From Cetorhinus maximus (lineage: Eukaryota), in assembly GCF_964194155.1 (NCBI RefSeq), contig NC_135882.1, positions 63,612,001 through 63,676,000 on the forward strand: DNA of 64,000 bases, written 5' to 3'. Both the position numbers and the translations under genes were made by a program. The number at the start of each line of letters is the position of its first letter. Within the stretch, counting starts at the first letter, position 1. Positions 51,232-63,200 of the stretch are shown piece after piece. Under the pieces are notes generated by a model. That model was not told the DNA's origin. It ran no database searches and was given only the letters and a program-made list of their open reading frames with translations.

Positions 51232-52803
51232 ATGATAGCAACAGGAGGGCTTCTTCGTATTTCAGCCAGAAGACAAGATTCCTTTCGATCACGTAATCGT
51301 GTTATTAAGCACAAAAGGAAAGCAAAAAAGAAATGCAAGAGTGATGTAGTGGTGGTGAAAGGCAAATTGAAGCTGTTCTCCATTTCTGGACTGATTGCTG
51401 CATTTGGAATCCTGGTGTTGTTGGTAGGGATAGCAATGACAGTGATGGGCTACTGGCCTAAGGGCACTGACGTTTTTGAGACTATCAAGGTCCAATCTTA
51501 CAATACCACCAGTAACACTAGTTTAGAGACTACAACACTGGAGATTATTTCTAATTTTTTAGCCAGCTACTTACATTCTGAAAAGCTGAAGGTTTTGGGA
51601 CCCCTCATTATGGGAATTGGTATATTTTTGTTTATCTGTGCCAATACAGTGCTTCATGAAAATAGAGACAAGAAAACCAAAATAATTAATATACAAGACA
51701 TCTATTCTACAGTTATAGATGTACATAATTTGAGGACAAAGGATTGTGGGCCGCTTAATGGTTTTGTCAACTACGTGCAGTCCAAAAGCATGGATAATCT
51801 CAAATCTCCTGATTCTTTTTGTGCAGCAATGTTGGCCAAAAGTACCTGGCGGACACCCGTTGGTAATACTGTAAAGCCTATGGATCCAAAAGAAAATGTT
51901 GGTAAAAAGCACTGCGATTTTGTAGCAAACTTGCAGCAACAAATCCCCAAAGATAGAAAGACATTCTCCGATACTGTGTACAGTATTTGCAGAGACAGAA
52001 TCAGAATGAATGATAAAAGCCAAATGCCCCAAATGTGCGGAGCTAAGTCAATTGTCACTTCTTCCATTAGTGCATTCACACTGCCTGTCATCAAACTGAA
52101 CAACTGTGTCCTGGAAGAGGGTGCTGCCACAAAAGGGAAAAATGGGAATGAAACACAGACTTCAGAAAAGTGTAATGAAACTCAACAAGCATTTGACCAT
52201 TTTGCCTCTGATCAGATTGAAACGATTGATTCTATTTCAGCGGATATAACCATAAGCAATGATCACCTTGGAGATAATAACCAGAGCGTAGAAATGGAGA
52301 CTTCAAATACCTCATGGTTAAATGGTAACCAGTTGGTATCTAACAAAAGCTCTCAAAATCCCTCTTCCCAAGTGTCCCAAATTTCTCCTGTTCCATTTCA
52401 GAGAACAGGATCCAATCTTTCTCTCCACACTTTATCAATTCACTCTAAACTCATGAATCTTGATGACTATCCTTCCACATCCACGATGCAGGATGAAGGG
52501 ATAGATCCAAGCTGCACACGTTTAGATTGCACCAACAGTAAGGGCTACATAAAGTTAGGTGATGAGGACTCATTTGAGTCTAATGTTGTACTACCAGAAG
52601 CCATAGACAAGTCTAGTGATGATTGTACAGAGAATCTTAATGAAGATATCATACAAGAAAGTATAATGCCAAGCAATGAACAAAAGGTGGATAAACCTCA
52701 AAGGTGTGTTCAGAGACAGTACACAAAGAGAGAGAAGTTGCTCATGATTTCCAGTTCACACAATACCCTACAAATAGATGATGATGAAATTGATAGTAAT
52801 TAG
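51232..52803 (+). CDS. TMEM200C: Transmembrane protein 200 family member, TMEM200C-like (DUF2371 N-terminal two-TM domain), single coding exon, 523 aa
   Basis: N-terminus MIATGGLLRISARRQD...DVVVVKGKLKLFSISGLIA..GILVLLVGIAM.V.GYWPK, second TM LHSEKLKVLGPLIMGIGIFLFICANTVLHENRDKKTKIIN and C-terminal QRQYTKREKLLMISSSH match vertebrate TMEM200C as recalled. Polypyrimidine acceptor TTTTCAG ends at 51207; an in-frame TAG at 51211 fixes ATG 51232 as the start. Confidence 0.9.
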   Translation: MIATGGLLRISARRQDSFRSRNRVIKHKRKAKKKCKSDVVVVKGKLKLFSISGLIAAFGILVLLVGIAMTVMGYWPKGTDVFETIKVQSYNTTSNTSLETTTLEIISNFLASYLHSEKLKVLGPLIMGIGIFLFICANTVLHENRDKKTKIINIQDIYSTVIDVHNLRTKDCGPLNGFVNYVQSKSMDNLKSPDSFCAAMLAKSTWRTPVGNTVKPMDPKENVGKKHCDFVANLQQQIPKDRKTFSDTVYSICRDRIRMNDKSQMPQMCGAKSIVTSSISAFTLPVIKLNNCVLEEGAATKGKNGNETQTSEKCNETQQAFDHFASDQIETIDSISADITISNDHLGDNNQSVEMETSNTSWLNGNQLVSNKSSQNPSSQVSQISPVPFQRTGSNLSLHTLSIHSKLMNLDDYPSTSTMQDEGIDPSCTRLDCTNSKGYIKLGDEDSFESNVVLPEAIDKSSDDCTENLNEDIIQESIMPSNEQKVDKPQRCVQRQYTKREKLLMISSSHNTLQIDDDEIDSN

Positions 52804-53688
52804 TAATAGTATAATTGTACATATTTGGGTTCAGACACAAAAATGCAGTGAAAGCTGTAACAAATGAAAAGTATATGTCACTTTTCTGTAGCTATTGATT
52901 ACTGAATGTCAGTCAGGCTCCAAAGACTCCTAAATTATTATTGTGGAACTAAGCATCCAGTTTCTTTAGTTGCTTCCAAATGTAAATGCACCAATCATTG
53001 GGTGGCAATTGTGTATCCCAGTTAAACACCAACTGAGAGTTTTTAACATAATCGGATATTTGTAAACAGATTGTGAACATTGAACATTCAGTCATCCTAG
53101 GATTGTAGTTTACAGTTTTGAACCATCAAAATAAGCCAATTAACTTGTACTGAATTCTATACTCTGATAAATCAAAGGATATATAGATATCTTGTATAAG
53201 CACATAATGCACTAAACCACACATAAATGTGATATTGAAAAGCGTTCAGTGTGTCATTTCATAATTAAGTGTAAGAAATAATTTGCATTTGTGGTCACTA
53301 ATAGAGGTCTAAACAAGTAATATTTTTTGTAATCCTGAATTCTGTATCATGCCTCATTGCTTGTGTTCTCTAAATTGTTACCATGCTCAAATTATATATT
53401 TTTTCTCATATGCATCCCCCTTCACACATTTTTATCATCACAGTAGTCTGTTTTTCTAATGGACTTTACCCTTAATTCTGGCCTAAGTGCCTGGATTCCA
53501 TACCTTGTTACATATACTTGCCCTGTTCACAATTTGTGTCACTACAGTCAGTTTATTTAAGAAAACATGGAATGAGAAAACTATTTGGTCCATCGAGTGT
53601 ACTTTTGTAAACTAAGTATAATAGTGTCATTATGTATTTGCCTGGAGTTAAATTGAAAAATATTGTTAGCGGGGTAGATGGTCTCTTG

Positions 53689-53694
53689 AATAAA
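53689..53694 (+). terminator. Candidate polyadenylation signal AATAAA for TMEM200 (alternatives near 53907 and 53954)
   Basis: AATAAA hexamers at the end of the unique AT-rich 3' region, before repeats resume. Confidence 0.3.
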
Positions 53695-53955
53695 AGAGTA
53701 AGGGAGCTGTTGTTAGTTAAATAAGGAAAGAAATCAGAGCCTTTGAACCATAGGCCCATGACCAGTAAGCTTAATTTTGGTTGAAGGGAAGATATTGGAA
53801 AAATATAACAAAATCAAGGGAGTGGTGGGGGGTAGCGTTGTTATTGAAGATGCCTAATGAAGCTTTAGAAGGAGGTGATGCCTCATAATTGTAGTTATTT
53901 CTTAAAAATAAATGTAACTAGTAGATGAAAGAATTCCAGGAGGGATGTTGTTTAA

Positions 53956-54047
53956 TAAAATGCTGGAAGTACTCAGTAGATTTGGCAGCATCTTTGGAGA
54001 GAGAGAGACAGAGTTAACCTTTCGGATCGATGACCTTTCATCAGAAC
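53956..54047 (-). mobile_element. Penelope-type pseudo-LTR fragment containing a minimal hammerhead motif (54013-54047)
   Basis: Minus strand reads GTT CTGATGA AAGGTCATCGATCC GAAA GG TT AAC; same repeat family as 3697-4568 and 56549-56810. Confidence 0.65.
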
Positions 54048-54190
54048 ATGGATATTGTTTACTTGGATTCACAGAAAACCTCTGAAAAATCTTTGCATGT
54101 ATGGCTTTTTAAAAAAAATTATATCTTTTATGACTTTGGAGATAACAGAAAATATTTACAAATAGTCATTTGGTAGTACAGAACTTAAAC

Positions 54191-54445
54191 ATTGCTGAAA
54201 AAAAGAAAAATACTATTGAAGCTTTGTGTCTTGCACTCATCAGGGAAAACAATTTATACTGCATGAGAAGAAAGTGCTGATTGGTTAGCAAGTGGACTCT
54301 GATTGGTAGAGGTGTTGCCATGGAGAATGCAGCAGAGAACATTTAACTGTTAACTGTGGTCCCCTTCCTGTTGGTTTATCTTGTGTAGCTGTCCTGATGA
54401 GTGTAAGATGAAAAGCTTCAATAGTATGTCTCTTTCTCCAGCAAT
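54191..54445. mobile_element. Palindromic Penelope-derived non-autonomous element with hammerhead-like motifs on both arms
   Basis: Arms ATTGCTGAAAAAA..ACTATTGAAGCTTT..TCTTGCACTCATCAGG and CCTGATGAGTGTAAGATGAAAAGCTTCAATAGT..CAGCAAT are inverted repeats. Confidence 0.65.
54389..54424 (+). ncRNA. Minimal type I hammerhead ribozyme motif (slightly decayed)
   Basis: CTGTC-CTGATGA-GTGTAAGAT-GAAA-AGCT-TC-AATAG: conserved core, short stem II, palindromic AGCU in place of stem III, UC cleavage site, stem I with one mismatch. Confidence 0.6.
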
Positions 54446-54559
54446 AGAAAATATTTACTTGATCAGAATTGTATAAATTAAATAATTATTGATGGGAAGG
54501 TTTCAGATTGGGGCCCGGTGACATGTTTCTCTTTCTAAGGGTTCTATACTGAATTGTTT

Positions 54560-55110
54560 ACTGTGATGAATTATACGACTGAATTTGGCAATGATGCACA
54601 AAACGTGTAAATTTTGGTAATAAAACGATTGGTAGATTGCAAGTTGATTTAGATAAATAAATAGCTCATAAATGGCAAAAATGTTATTTAATCTGGAGAG
54701 GTGCTGTGTTATGCACTTGCGGCCAGCCAAACCAAGGCATGTCTATTTAACGCATCAAATTAGTGGACCAGGAAAGGAACTTGTGTGTAGTCACTGATCA
54801 ATTATTAAAAGTTCCTGAGCAATGTAAGGTACCTGAAAGTTCTTGCAATTACTGCTAGGTAATAAGGGCTCTGTACTTATGATTTATGGAGTTTAGGTTC
54901 ATCTGCACTTAGCGTATTGCGCCCAGTTTTCATACCATGTATATTAATGAATATTGAGGCTCTGGAGAGACTGTAGAGGGCAATGTGTAGAAACCTAAAC
55001 TTGGATTGGCTTCAGGAATTAATTCATTTTGAGAAACATTGATTCAGTGATGATATGAATGAGACATTTAAATCTATGAAATAATTGGATATAGGAGATT
55101 TGAATCTGGC
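54560..55110 (+). mobile_element. Very old CR1 RT fragment
   Basis: EFGNDAQ (FADD remnant); HLAYCAQF; LERL. Confidence 0.5.
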
Positions 55111-55115
55111 ATTTG

Positions 55116-55221
55116 GGAGATGAAATTGGTCTCTGATAAAAGGTGGAACAGGCAATAGCAAAGCAGCAGCCCACTTTAACCATACCTGTTTTGTCCTTTG
55201 CTGAAGACCAATTTCACCCCC
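55116..55221. mobile_element. Short Harbinger-type MITE, TSD TTG
   Basis: GGAGATGAAATTGGTC / GACCAATTTCACCCCC inverted ends. Confidence 0.6.
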
Positions 55222-55571
55222 TTGAAATCAATAGCTAGCAGGCTTGCATATAAAATTTCTTAGCAATTAATCAGCTCAGATTCCAGGAACTATTTAGTTT
55301 TGCACAGATTGTTGCCTTTGCAACCAATTACCATTCCTTTTAAGATGTGTCCTGAAAAGGATATTGGAAAGTGATACAGTTATGTAGTTCAGTAACAATA
55401 GTCTGCTGGAGTTTTCTTGATTGCCTTATCAATTTCTTTGATATGGCCGCTTAATTTCACCTCCACAAAAATATACCACTATCAGAGCTAAGGAGGCCGT
55501 GGTTCAAGACTGCACCATCTAGTGGTTATAATGGGTATTGACAAGCCTCTTTTCTCTTCTGTCTTGTCATA

Positions 55572-55688
55572 GGGTAAAATTTTACACCAGCGGGATTTCA
55601 CGGTCCCGCCAAAGTCAGTGGACTTTCGAATGACTTGCTGCATTTTATAGCTCTGCCCCCACTGCGACGGGGTCATAAAATTCCACCC
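55572..55688. mobile_element. Short Harbinger-type MITE
   Basis: GGGTAAAATTTTA / TAAAATTCCACCC, flanks ATA/ATG. Confidence 0.65.
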
Positions 55689-55715
55689 ATGATCTTTATA
55701 ATCTAACCAGTCATG

Positions 55716-56358
55716 GGGCAAAACATTTAGCTTGGTGGGTGGGCGCGCGCCCAATCCGCTCGAACGTAAAATGATGCGCGTTGACGTGGGGCGAACGTCC
55801 TGACGTCAATGCACAGTCGCGCGATATTTCGTTCGGCAGGCACATGCCGGAGTTGGCAGCGTGCCCGCTAACAATTAAAAGGCCTGTTAAAGCCATTAAA
55901 TTATCAATTAAGTTGAATTTTTTGCTGCCCGTCCAAGCTTACAGTTGGTGGGCAGATTTTTGGGAAACCTCATCCATGGTTGGGATGAGGTTTCCTAAAG
56001 CAAATAAAAATGAAATTAAAATATTAAAACCTGACAGATTCACATGAGGGGACATGTTTCATGACATTTTTTTTTAATAACTCTTCATCTCCCTGAGGCA
56101 GCTCTGTGCCTCAGGGAGATTATGAAGTGCACATGTGCGAAACTCACGCTCGCCCTACTCGCAGTCCCTCCGCCCTCCCCCCACCCATGCCCACACAGGC
56201 AGTGCTTAGCGCTGCCGCTCGCATTTCATGCTGGGCAGGCCTTAATTGGCCCGCCAGCGTGAAATCGCATTCCCGCCCCAATTGTGGGCGGCGGTTGGCT
56301 TCCCGAACGCCCCTGCCCACCCCCGCCAAGCCCGCCCAACATGGATGAAATTCTGTCC
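55716..56358 (+). mobile_element. Harbinger MITE, TSD ATG
   Basis: ATG|GGGCAAAA...AAATTCTGTCC|ATG; both ends colinear with Harbinger B. Confidence 0.88.
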
Positions 56359-56548
56359 ATGGATTTTGCCCCACTGTTATGGCACAGCCGATGGTAAATG
56401 CTGAGCTGCAGAAATCCCAAAAGGAAACTTGAAACAATTGCCACAATTGTTTTGCAATTTGTATAAATTTCAAGGTGCGTGCCTTGAATTCAGTAGTAAT
56501 AAGATCACCGAGTCTTACAGGTTTCTTACAAAACTAAATTAAACCTTT

Positions 56549-56810
56549 GCAGGTCTAACAGCATCTGTGGACAGAGAAACAGAGTTAAGGTTTTGAGTCC
56601 GTATGACCCTTCAGAAGGGTCACTGAACTTCTTCAGAAGGTTACTGAACTATACAACCATAACACTTCCCAATATCCTTCTGAAGAAAGATCATACGGAC
56701 TCGAAACATTAACTGTTTCTCTCTCCGCAGATGCTGCTAGACCTGCTGACTTTTTCCAGCATTTTCTGTTTTTATTTCAGATTTCCAGCATTTGCAGTAT
56801 TTTGATTTTG
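56549..56810. mobile_element. Palindromic Penelope-type element with 12-bp TSD AATTAAACCTTT and hammerhead-like motif (56678-56713)
   Basis: TSD at 56537-56548 and 56811-56822; inverted arms ~56549-56618 and 56676-56746; TT CTGAAGA...GACTC GAAA CATT AAC. Confidence 0.75.
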
Positions 56811-57144
56811 AATTAAACCTTTATTAATAAAAGAAATAATTTTAAGTACCCACATAGATCTACAAATTACTACTATGATAACTTCTAAATCCCCTCATTA
56901 ATCTAACTCCCAGTTACACTTTTGTTAAGGCAACAGTAAGACACACAGATTTTAAAAGACCCAGGCAAAGAAACATGATACCCTGAACAATCCAATTCAA
57001 AGTGAGATTTCTTAACTTCAGTTCTTTGTAGACCACAGCTTGAGGCCTAGATGCTGGAGGCTTTTTCACACTTGTTTTAGGTCTTAGAATTCCTGCCCTT
57101 TGCTCCTTTATACATATTTTCCCCTTTGAATGCAAATTCCCATT

Positions 57145-57826
57145 GGGCAGAATTTTCTGCCTGTCAGGCACCGGGAGCAGGCACAGGCTGGTGCGGACCC
57201 GATTGTCGCCCCCGATTGGGTCTGCACCGCCATTTTACGTGGGAGGGCCAATTAAGGCCCGCCCAGCATGACACGCACCCAGAAGCACTGTGCGGTCCCT
57301 GTGCGGGCAGGATGGGGGTTGCCTAAGTCGGGAGTGCGCTCTTTCGCGCATGCACACAAAAGAGTGCAGAAATCACCCTGAGGCACAGAGGTGCCTTAGG
57401 GAGATTAGTTTTAAGTCCAAAAAGTGTAATAAAATGGCGAGAAATTTTTTATGACATGTCCCCTCATGTGAAACTGTCACATGAGCTGGGACATGTGCAT
57501 TAATTTTAATTTAAAAATTTTTGAAAATTTTAAATCATTCATGAAACCTCATCCCGCCCCTGCATGAGGTTCCATGAAAAATGCAAAGGCTGTTTGGGCT
57601 CTTCGCCTGCCCGCCAACCTTAAGGTTTGACGGGCAGCTCAGCTGATTGCCTTAATTGGTTTTTAACAGGTCTTAATAGGCCTTTGACAGTTCGGCGGGC
57701 GTGTAGCCGAACTGAAAATTTAAATGACGCGTAGAGACGTCGGGGCACACGCCCAACATCGCCCCGCGTCATTTTACGCCTCGGTGAGCGGCCCCACCCC
57801 CGCTCGCCAAGCCCAAGATTCTGCCC
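57145..57826 (-). mobile_element. Harbinger MITE, TSD ATT
   Basis: ATT|GGGCAGAATTTT...GATTCTGCCC|ATT. Confidence 0.9.
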
Positions 57827-59999
57827 ATTGTTTCATTATGTCTTTGGACTTTACCTCTCTATTAATAAAAATTTCTCATAGTACCAATTTTACCAGTAAC
57901 CTTTGGGAAAAATAAACACACTGTTTCTTAACTTCTCCTGGTTAGGTCAAACATTTCACCCCTCCTTTGAATTCAATCTGGTCTGGTTTATTTAAAAATG
58001 TAAATGTTCCCTGTACACGTATGTTTACCGACTTAACATTTCAAACCTAGCTTATCTTCTGTTACATCAAAGCCTTCAGACCAGCTGCCTTTAATTCAAT
58101 TAAGTCACACACGCACGCACACACCCCCACACCCTCATAGACACGGACCCCACTATTACTCTACAATAAATTCCAATAACATTATGAAAATTATTAAATC
58201 TTCTGGACACCAACCCTTAATCTAAAGGGACGGTATGCATATGTACCCCCAATCAAAAAGTAATGAAATAGCAAGACAAGCAAGGTAACTCAAAAAACCC
58301 AAAATATTTATATCTCTACTGCTGACTTTGGACCTTGATAAATGATACTCTCTCGAAACCCAGCAGCATTGGAAATATCCTATTCTGGGGAATATCTGAC
58401 CGTCATAGTATATGTCTATCCAATAATTTTTAGTTATGTTTCCAATTCGGCCATCCTTTGAAAGAGTTAATCAACAACAATCGCTTTAACTGGAGGCAGG
58501 TTTCACAAATCCAATTTTCACTTACTGCTTTCTCTGAAATGTGCCTTCTCTTAGTATAATTATTAAGCTATCTTTTCCTTCTCCACTGACCTGACAGCTT
58601 GATGTTTGCCAAAGTGAATTCAACTTTAACAGCAAATGAAAAGCTGTTCATCTTTTTATAGTTTGTTCTCGTTCCACTCAGTTTTCTGTTGAACTGAAAA
58701 TCAAATACAATAAACATGAAAGCAATGTTACTTCTTAATCCGTGTTCAATAAAGTAGGTTACATATTAATTGGGGAACAGCTCTGAAGTAGAACTGCTAA
58801 ATACCAATGTCAAACAGATTAATGCTTTAAGTATGTAATTTTCTTACAAATTTCTTGATTATTTGAAAAAAACTTGCTGTGTGTTTCAACTAATTTAGTA
58901 CATGCCAGAGAATTCAAATTCCTTGATTTGGTTGAAGAATGCTTGGAACCTCATTTGCAGTGATGCAGCACATTCAGAAACCCATTTTTCTGATTGATTC
59001 ACAACATTATATCTCTTAGAGTTTTCGATACTCGCCAACTGTTTTATAATGAGCCATTGTTACATTTGATTTCTCTAGTTTTCCTGCGCAGCATGCATAC
59101 TAGTTAGCATTTCTCACTTTTAGTAGGTCCACAATTTTGACCTGATAGTACTTTCTACTTAAAATGTTCATGTACATATATGTTCCTACTTTTATCACAC
59201 TAAACAAGTGTTCTCCACATATTTAACACCGATAAATCAGGTGTTCAAAAGACTATAATTTTAACATTGGTTCAGAAATTGAGTTTCTGGTTCTAAGGCA
59301 GAATTTACGTCAGAACATTACACCATTCATGACTATGCCTTCACTGCAATCCCTATGAAATTCCAGCAATTTAGTGTGAAAGCATAGCAGTAGTGAAAGG
59401 GGGACAAATGTTTACATAGAGAACAAAACAAAATGTAATAAAATCAACAGCTTCATCACAAGCTGGAAAATCAATATCTGATTTATATTTATTCACAACT
59501 CCTTTATTGAAGAGCAGTGCTGCATGCCTCAGTGCACTGCAATGGCACTCGCTATAGCACTGCACGACATGATGTTTTCATATTTCAGAAATTTCATAAT
59601 TTTTCAATCACTTGACTGCTATCCATTTATAAACTCACTGTAGAAAATATTAAAGGTCTCAATATGTAAACCTTCATCTGCACTGAAATATGTTATAAAT
59701 TATTGAAATTTTGTCTAAAAATACAGAGAGAAAAATATACTTGGAACATTTACAAAATCCTATGCCCTAGGAATTACATCATGGTTTACTGGAAGATGAG
59801 TATTTCATACATTGATTTGAAATTCCTCTCTAGATTATTTCAGTGACAGTATTATCATATTGAACAATAAATGAGCTAATGCCTCTGATAAAGTTGCATA
59901 GAGGGAGATTTCAGATGACCATGTTAAACATTCATTTTTCCAACAGTGAAACTAGAGGGTTAGATTTCTTTAAGTTACCAGAAACAGATTTTTTAAAAC

Positions 60000-60223
60000 A
60001 TTTATTCATGGTATGTTGACATTGCTGGCAAGGCCAGCATTTATTACCCATGCCTAATTGCCCTTGAGAAGGTGTTGGTGAGTTGCAGCTTTGAACCCTA
60101 CCGTGTGGTGAAGATACTCCAAGTGTTGTTAGATAGGGAGTTTCAGGATTTTCACCCAGTAATGTTGAAGATATATTTGCAAGTCAGGACAGTGTGTGAC
60201 TTGGAGCGGAACTTGCAGGTGGC
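60000..60223 (-). mobile_element. CR1-type LINE 3' tail
   Basis: Reverse complement of the 10170-10540 tail. Confidence 0.7.
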
Positions 60224-63200
60224 TGTTACGATCTTTGGCCACACCCAGGGAAGTGGGGGGAGGTCTGGTTAGGGACCAGTAACATTTTTAAAGTTGTTAA
60301 AGGTTGAGATTGAAGACAACTGCCTTGGAATAAAGCCACAAGATTCCATAGGTTTTGAACAAACACAATAAACTTTACTATACAAAGTTAGAAAAGTAAA
60401 ACAATCTTCTATATACCTTATACTCCACAGTATGGAGCCACCAAACAGCTCCTAGGCCAGCTCCTAGGCCTGATCCTGAGCCACAGCTGCACAGCCAGCT
60501 CACAGCACTGTTGCTACCTGGATACTCTTCTCTGACTCCCGAACTGCTGTTTGTTTACCCTTGAACTGACCTGGGGGAACCAATCAAAACACTCTCACTG
60601 AGTCCCACCATTGTTAAAAGTCTGGAACCAATGTAACAGTACTGGAGCATGCTGTACCTTGAAATATTACAATCTTCACAGGGACATACAGATCAATGGA
60701 TTTCCTAACACCTTTTTCCCTTGGAAGAAAGCAAGCTTCATTACAATGCAGGTTTCTTTACAATGGTTTAGCAGTTTCTTTACAAGAAGTACTTAACATC
60801 ATAACTTTTAACAAATAGCTCATTACATACTATACATAGAAACTTTATTTTGTTTCACAACTACACATGTCGTATTATACAATTCACAAAGGTTTAACCA
60901 AAACATAAGTCAATATAGGTAACAATTAAGATTAGCAAGATTTAAACATCACAGAATTGTCATAACTCAACACTTGTGTTTTTCTTCCTCTAATTCTTAG
61001 TGTTTAACTTGACAAAGAATGTTTCACTTAAGTCCCAACTATGGTCCTCCTCGTCAACTGTAGGTGCAATTCTATCTTTAAATGCATTGCTCTTTCATTG
61101 TAAGGTTCTAATAGTTCATCAGCCTTGGTTTTTAATTCTGTATTCAACCAACTGTTCTGATTCATCAGCAATTCCTTTTCCTATTCAAGGCGATACTTCA
61201 TAGACACTTCTGATGCTGAAGTTCATCAAGTTTCAACTGAAGATCTACTTTTGTTGAATTTGCTTCAACGAGTTTGTCATTTAGATATTTCAAGTCCTCA
61301 TGCAAGTGTTTTACTTCCTGTGACTGACACTCCAATGCTCTCACCAGTTTTCATTTTTCACTATCAAACTCATCTTTTGCATGTGAGAGTTGGTTCTTTA
61401 CACTGATCAGTTTCTCCTTCAATTGCTTGTTATTGGCATTAAGCTTCTCGTGGTTGGCCAGAGTAATTTTTTAGGAGTTTGGTAAGATCCGCAGGATCAA
61501 TTGCTTGTTGCAATACAGTCATCAGGACGTTACTGTCTCCGTTAGCCAAATCATTACCCAATAAAAAATCTATCCATTCCATAGGTAAACTAGGAACAAT
61601 TCCCACCATAACTAAGTCACTTTGTAAATTAACATGATGCAAGGGAACAACTTCGTAAGTTCCATTAACAACTGCTATTAATACTTTTTCCTTCATCAAA
61701 CTATCTGGAACACAAGCTGTATCATCAGTCACAATCAATGACTGATCTGCCCCAGTATCTCTCAATTATTTAACTTATTTTGTTGGAGGAGTAAGGGAAC
61801 ACTTCTCCCTTCAAGATAAAACATTTAGAATCTCCAGTAGCTGCAGTCAAGGAAGAATTCTCTTGTCTATTCTGTGCTATAGCCCCCCCTAGTATGTTCT
61901 GGGGGAACATATTTCACACACTTTAGTATCCATTTCTTCTGGTACATCCTTTTCTGAAAATTCTTCAAGTGTTCTTACTTCTGCCACTGTTTTACTTTTC
62001 AGCTTCCAACAATGGGTTTTGAATGCCTGTTCTCACAGCAATAAAAGCATACTAGTTTATTTTTACCCTATTTATTCTCTACACTATCATCTTTCTTCAT
62101 TGTAGACTCTTCTGCCTTCTCCGTAAAGCTAGTCTATTTTCTGCTCCTCCAGTTTCCCTGCTGGTTTACAGGAGGTCTATGGCCTCCTAGCTGCCTATAT
62201 GATATATCATCCCATCTGCCAGAATTGCTGCTTCTCATACCTTAGAAACCTTACAGTCTTCCAGGTGTGACCTAATAGCTATTGGGATACTATTTTGGAA
62301 TTCTTCCATTATCATTAGCTCTTTCACATTCTCAAAATTTTTTCTAACTTAAGAGATTGAAGCCACTGGTCCCACTGTATTTCTTTCCCCTAGCAAATTC
62401 TACAAATGTTTCATCCAGTCTTCAAAGTCTACAATTTCAATTGATATGCTTCAGGGACAAGCTCATAAGCATTAAACACTGCAGCTTTAACTATCTAATA
62501 ATCTAAAGATTGTTCTTCTGAAAGGCTAGAATACACATCCATGGCCTTCCCAACCAAAACACTCTTCAAAATGAGAGCCCATGTGTTTTTTTTGGCCACT
62601 TTAGTTATTTATCTGCCTTTTCAGGGGAGATAAAATATCCCAACCCCCTCTTCAATGAATTTAGGCAATAGATGAAGATTCTTTGTCATGTTTAAGCTCG
62701 GAATGGAACTTGATTCGTCATCCGAACTATTAGACTTTCTTTCATTCCATACCCTAAACTTCTCTCTAGTCAGTTCATGTCTGATTTTTTTCTCTGTGAA
62801 ACTCAAGCTCAAACTTTCACATTTCCCTTTTTCCATCTCAAGTTGCTTCACCTACAACTGAATTCTAGCTAATTCAACTGAATTGTTATCTGGATTCACT
62901 TTTGCTTCTTCCAATCCCAGATGCTGTACTATTACCTCAATTATTACTGCTTTCTTAGCCATGGCTCGGGTGAGCTTCCTAATGTCATTGTGCACTCACG
63001 CAATTGTTCGGTTGGAGGATACATGCGGGAGTCGACAGCATGCCCGCCGACAATTAAGCAGCCTATTAAGGCCCTTAATCAACTAATTGTTTGGAATTTT
63101 TTGCTGCCTGTCCAACCGTTCAGTTGGCAGGTGGGCAAAAAGACCAAGCGGGTGAGATGAGGTTTCGTCCAGTGATTTAAAAAAAAAACTTTTTGCACTC

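Larger units (their letters stand above)
56375..58209 (-). mobile_element. Solo LTR hosting two later insertions
   Basis: TG...CA termini with CCAC/CCAA flanks; 57950-58170 is homologous to 63580-63790. Confidence 0.6.

Noticed and set aside
51289-52130. Minus-strand ORFs overlapping TMEM200
   Set aside because: Antisense shadows of the real CDS.
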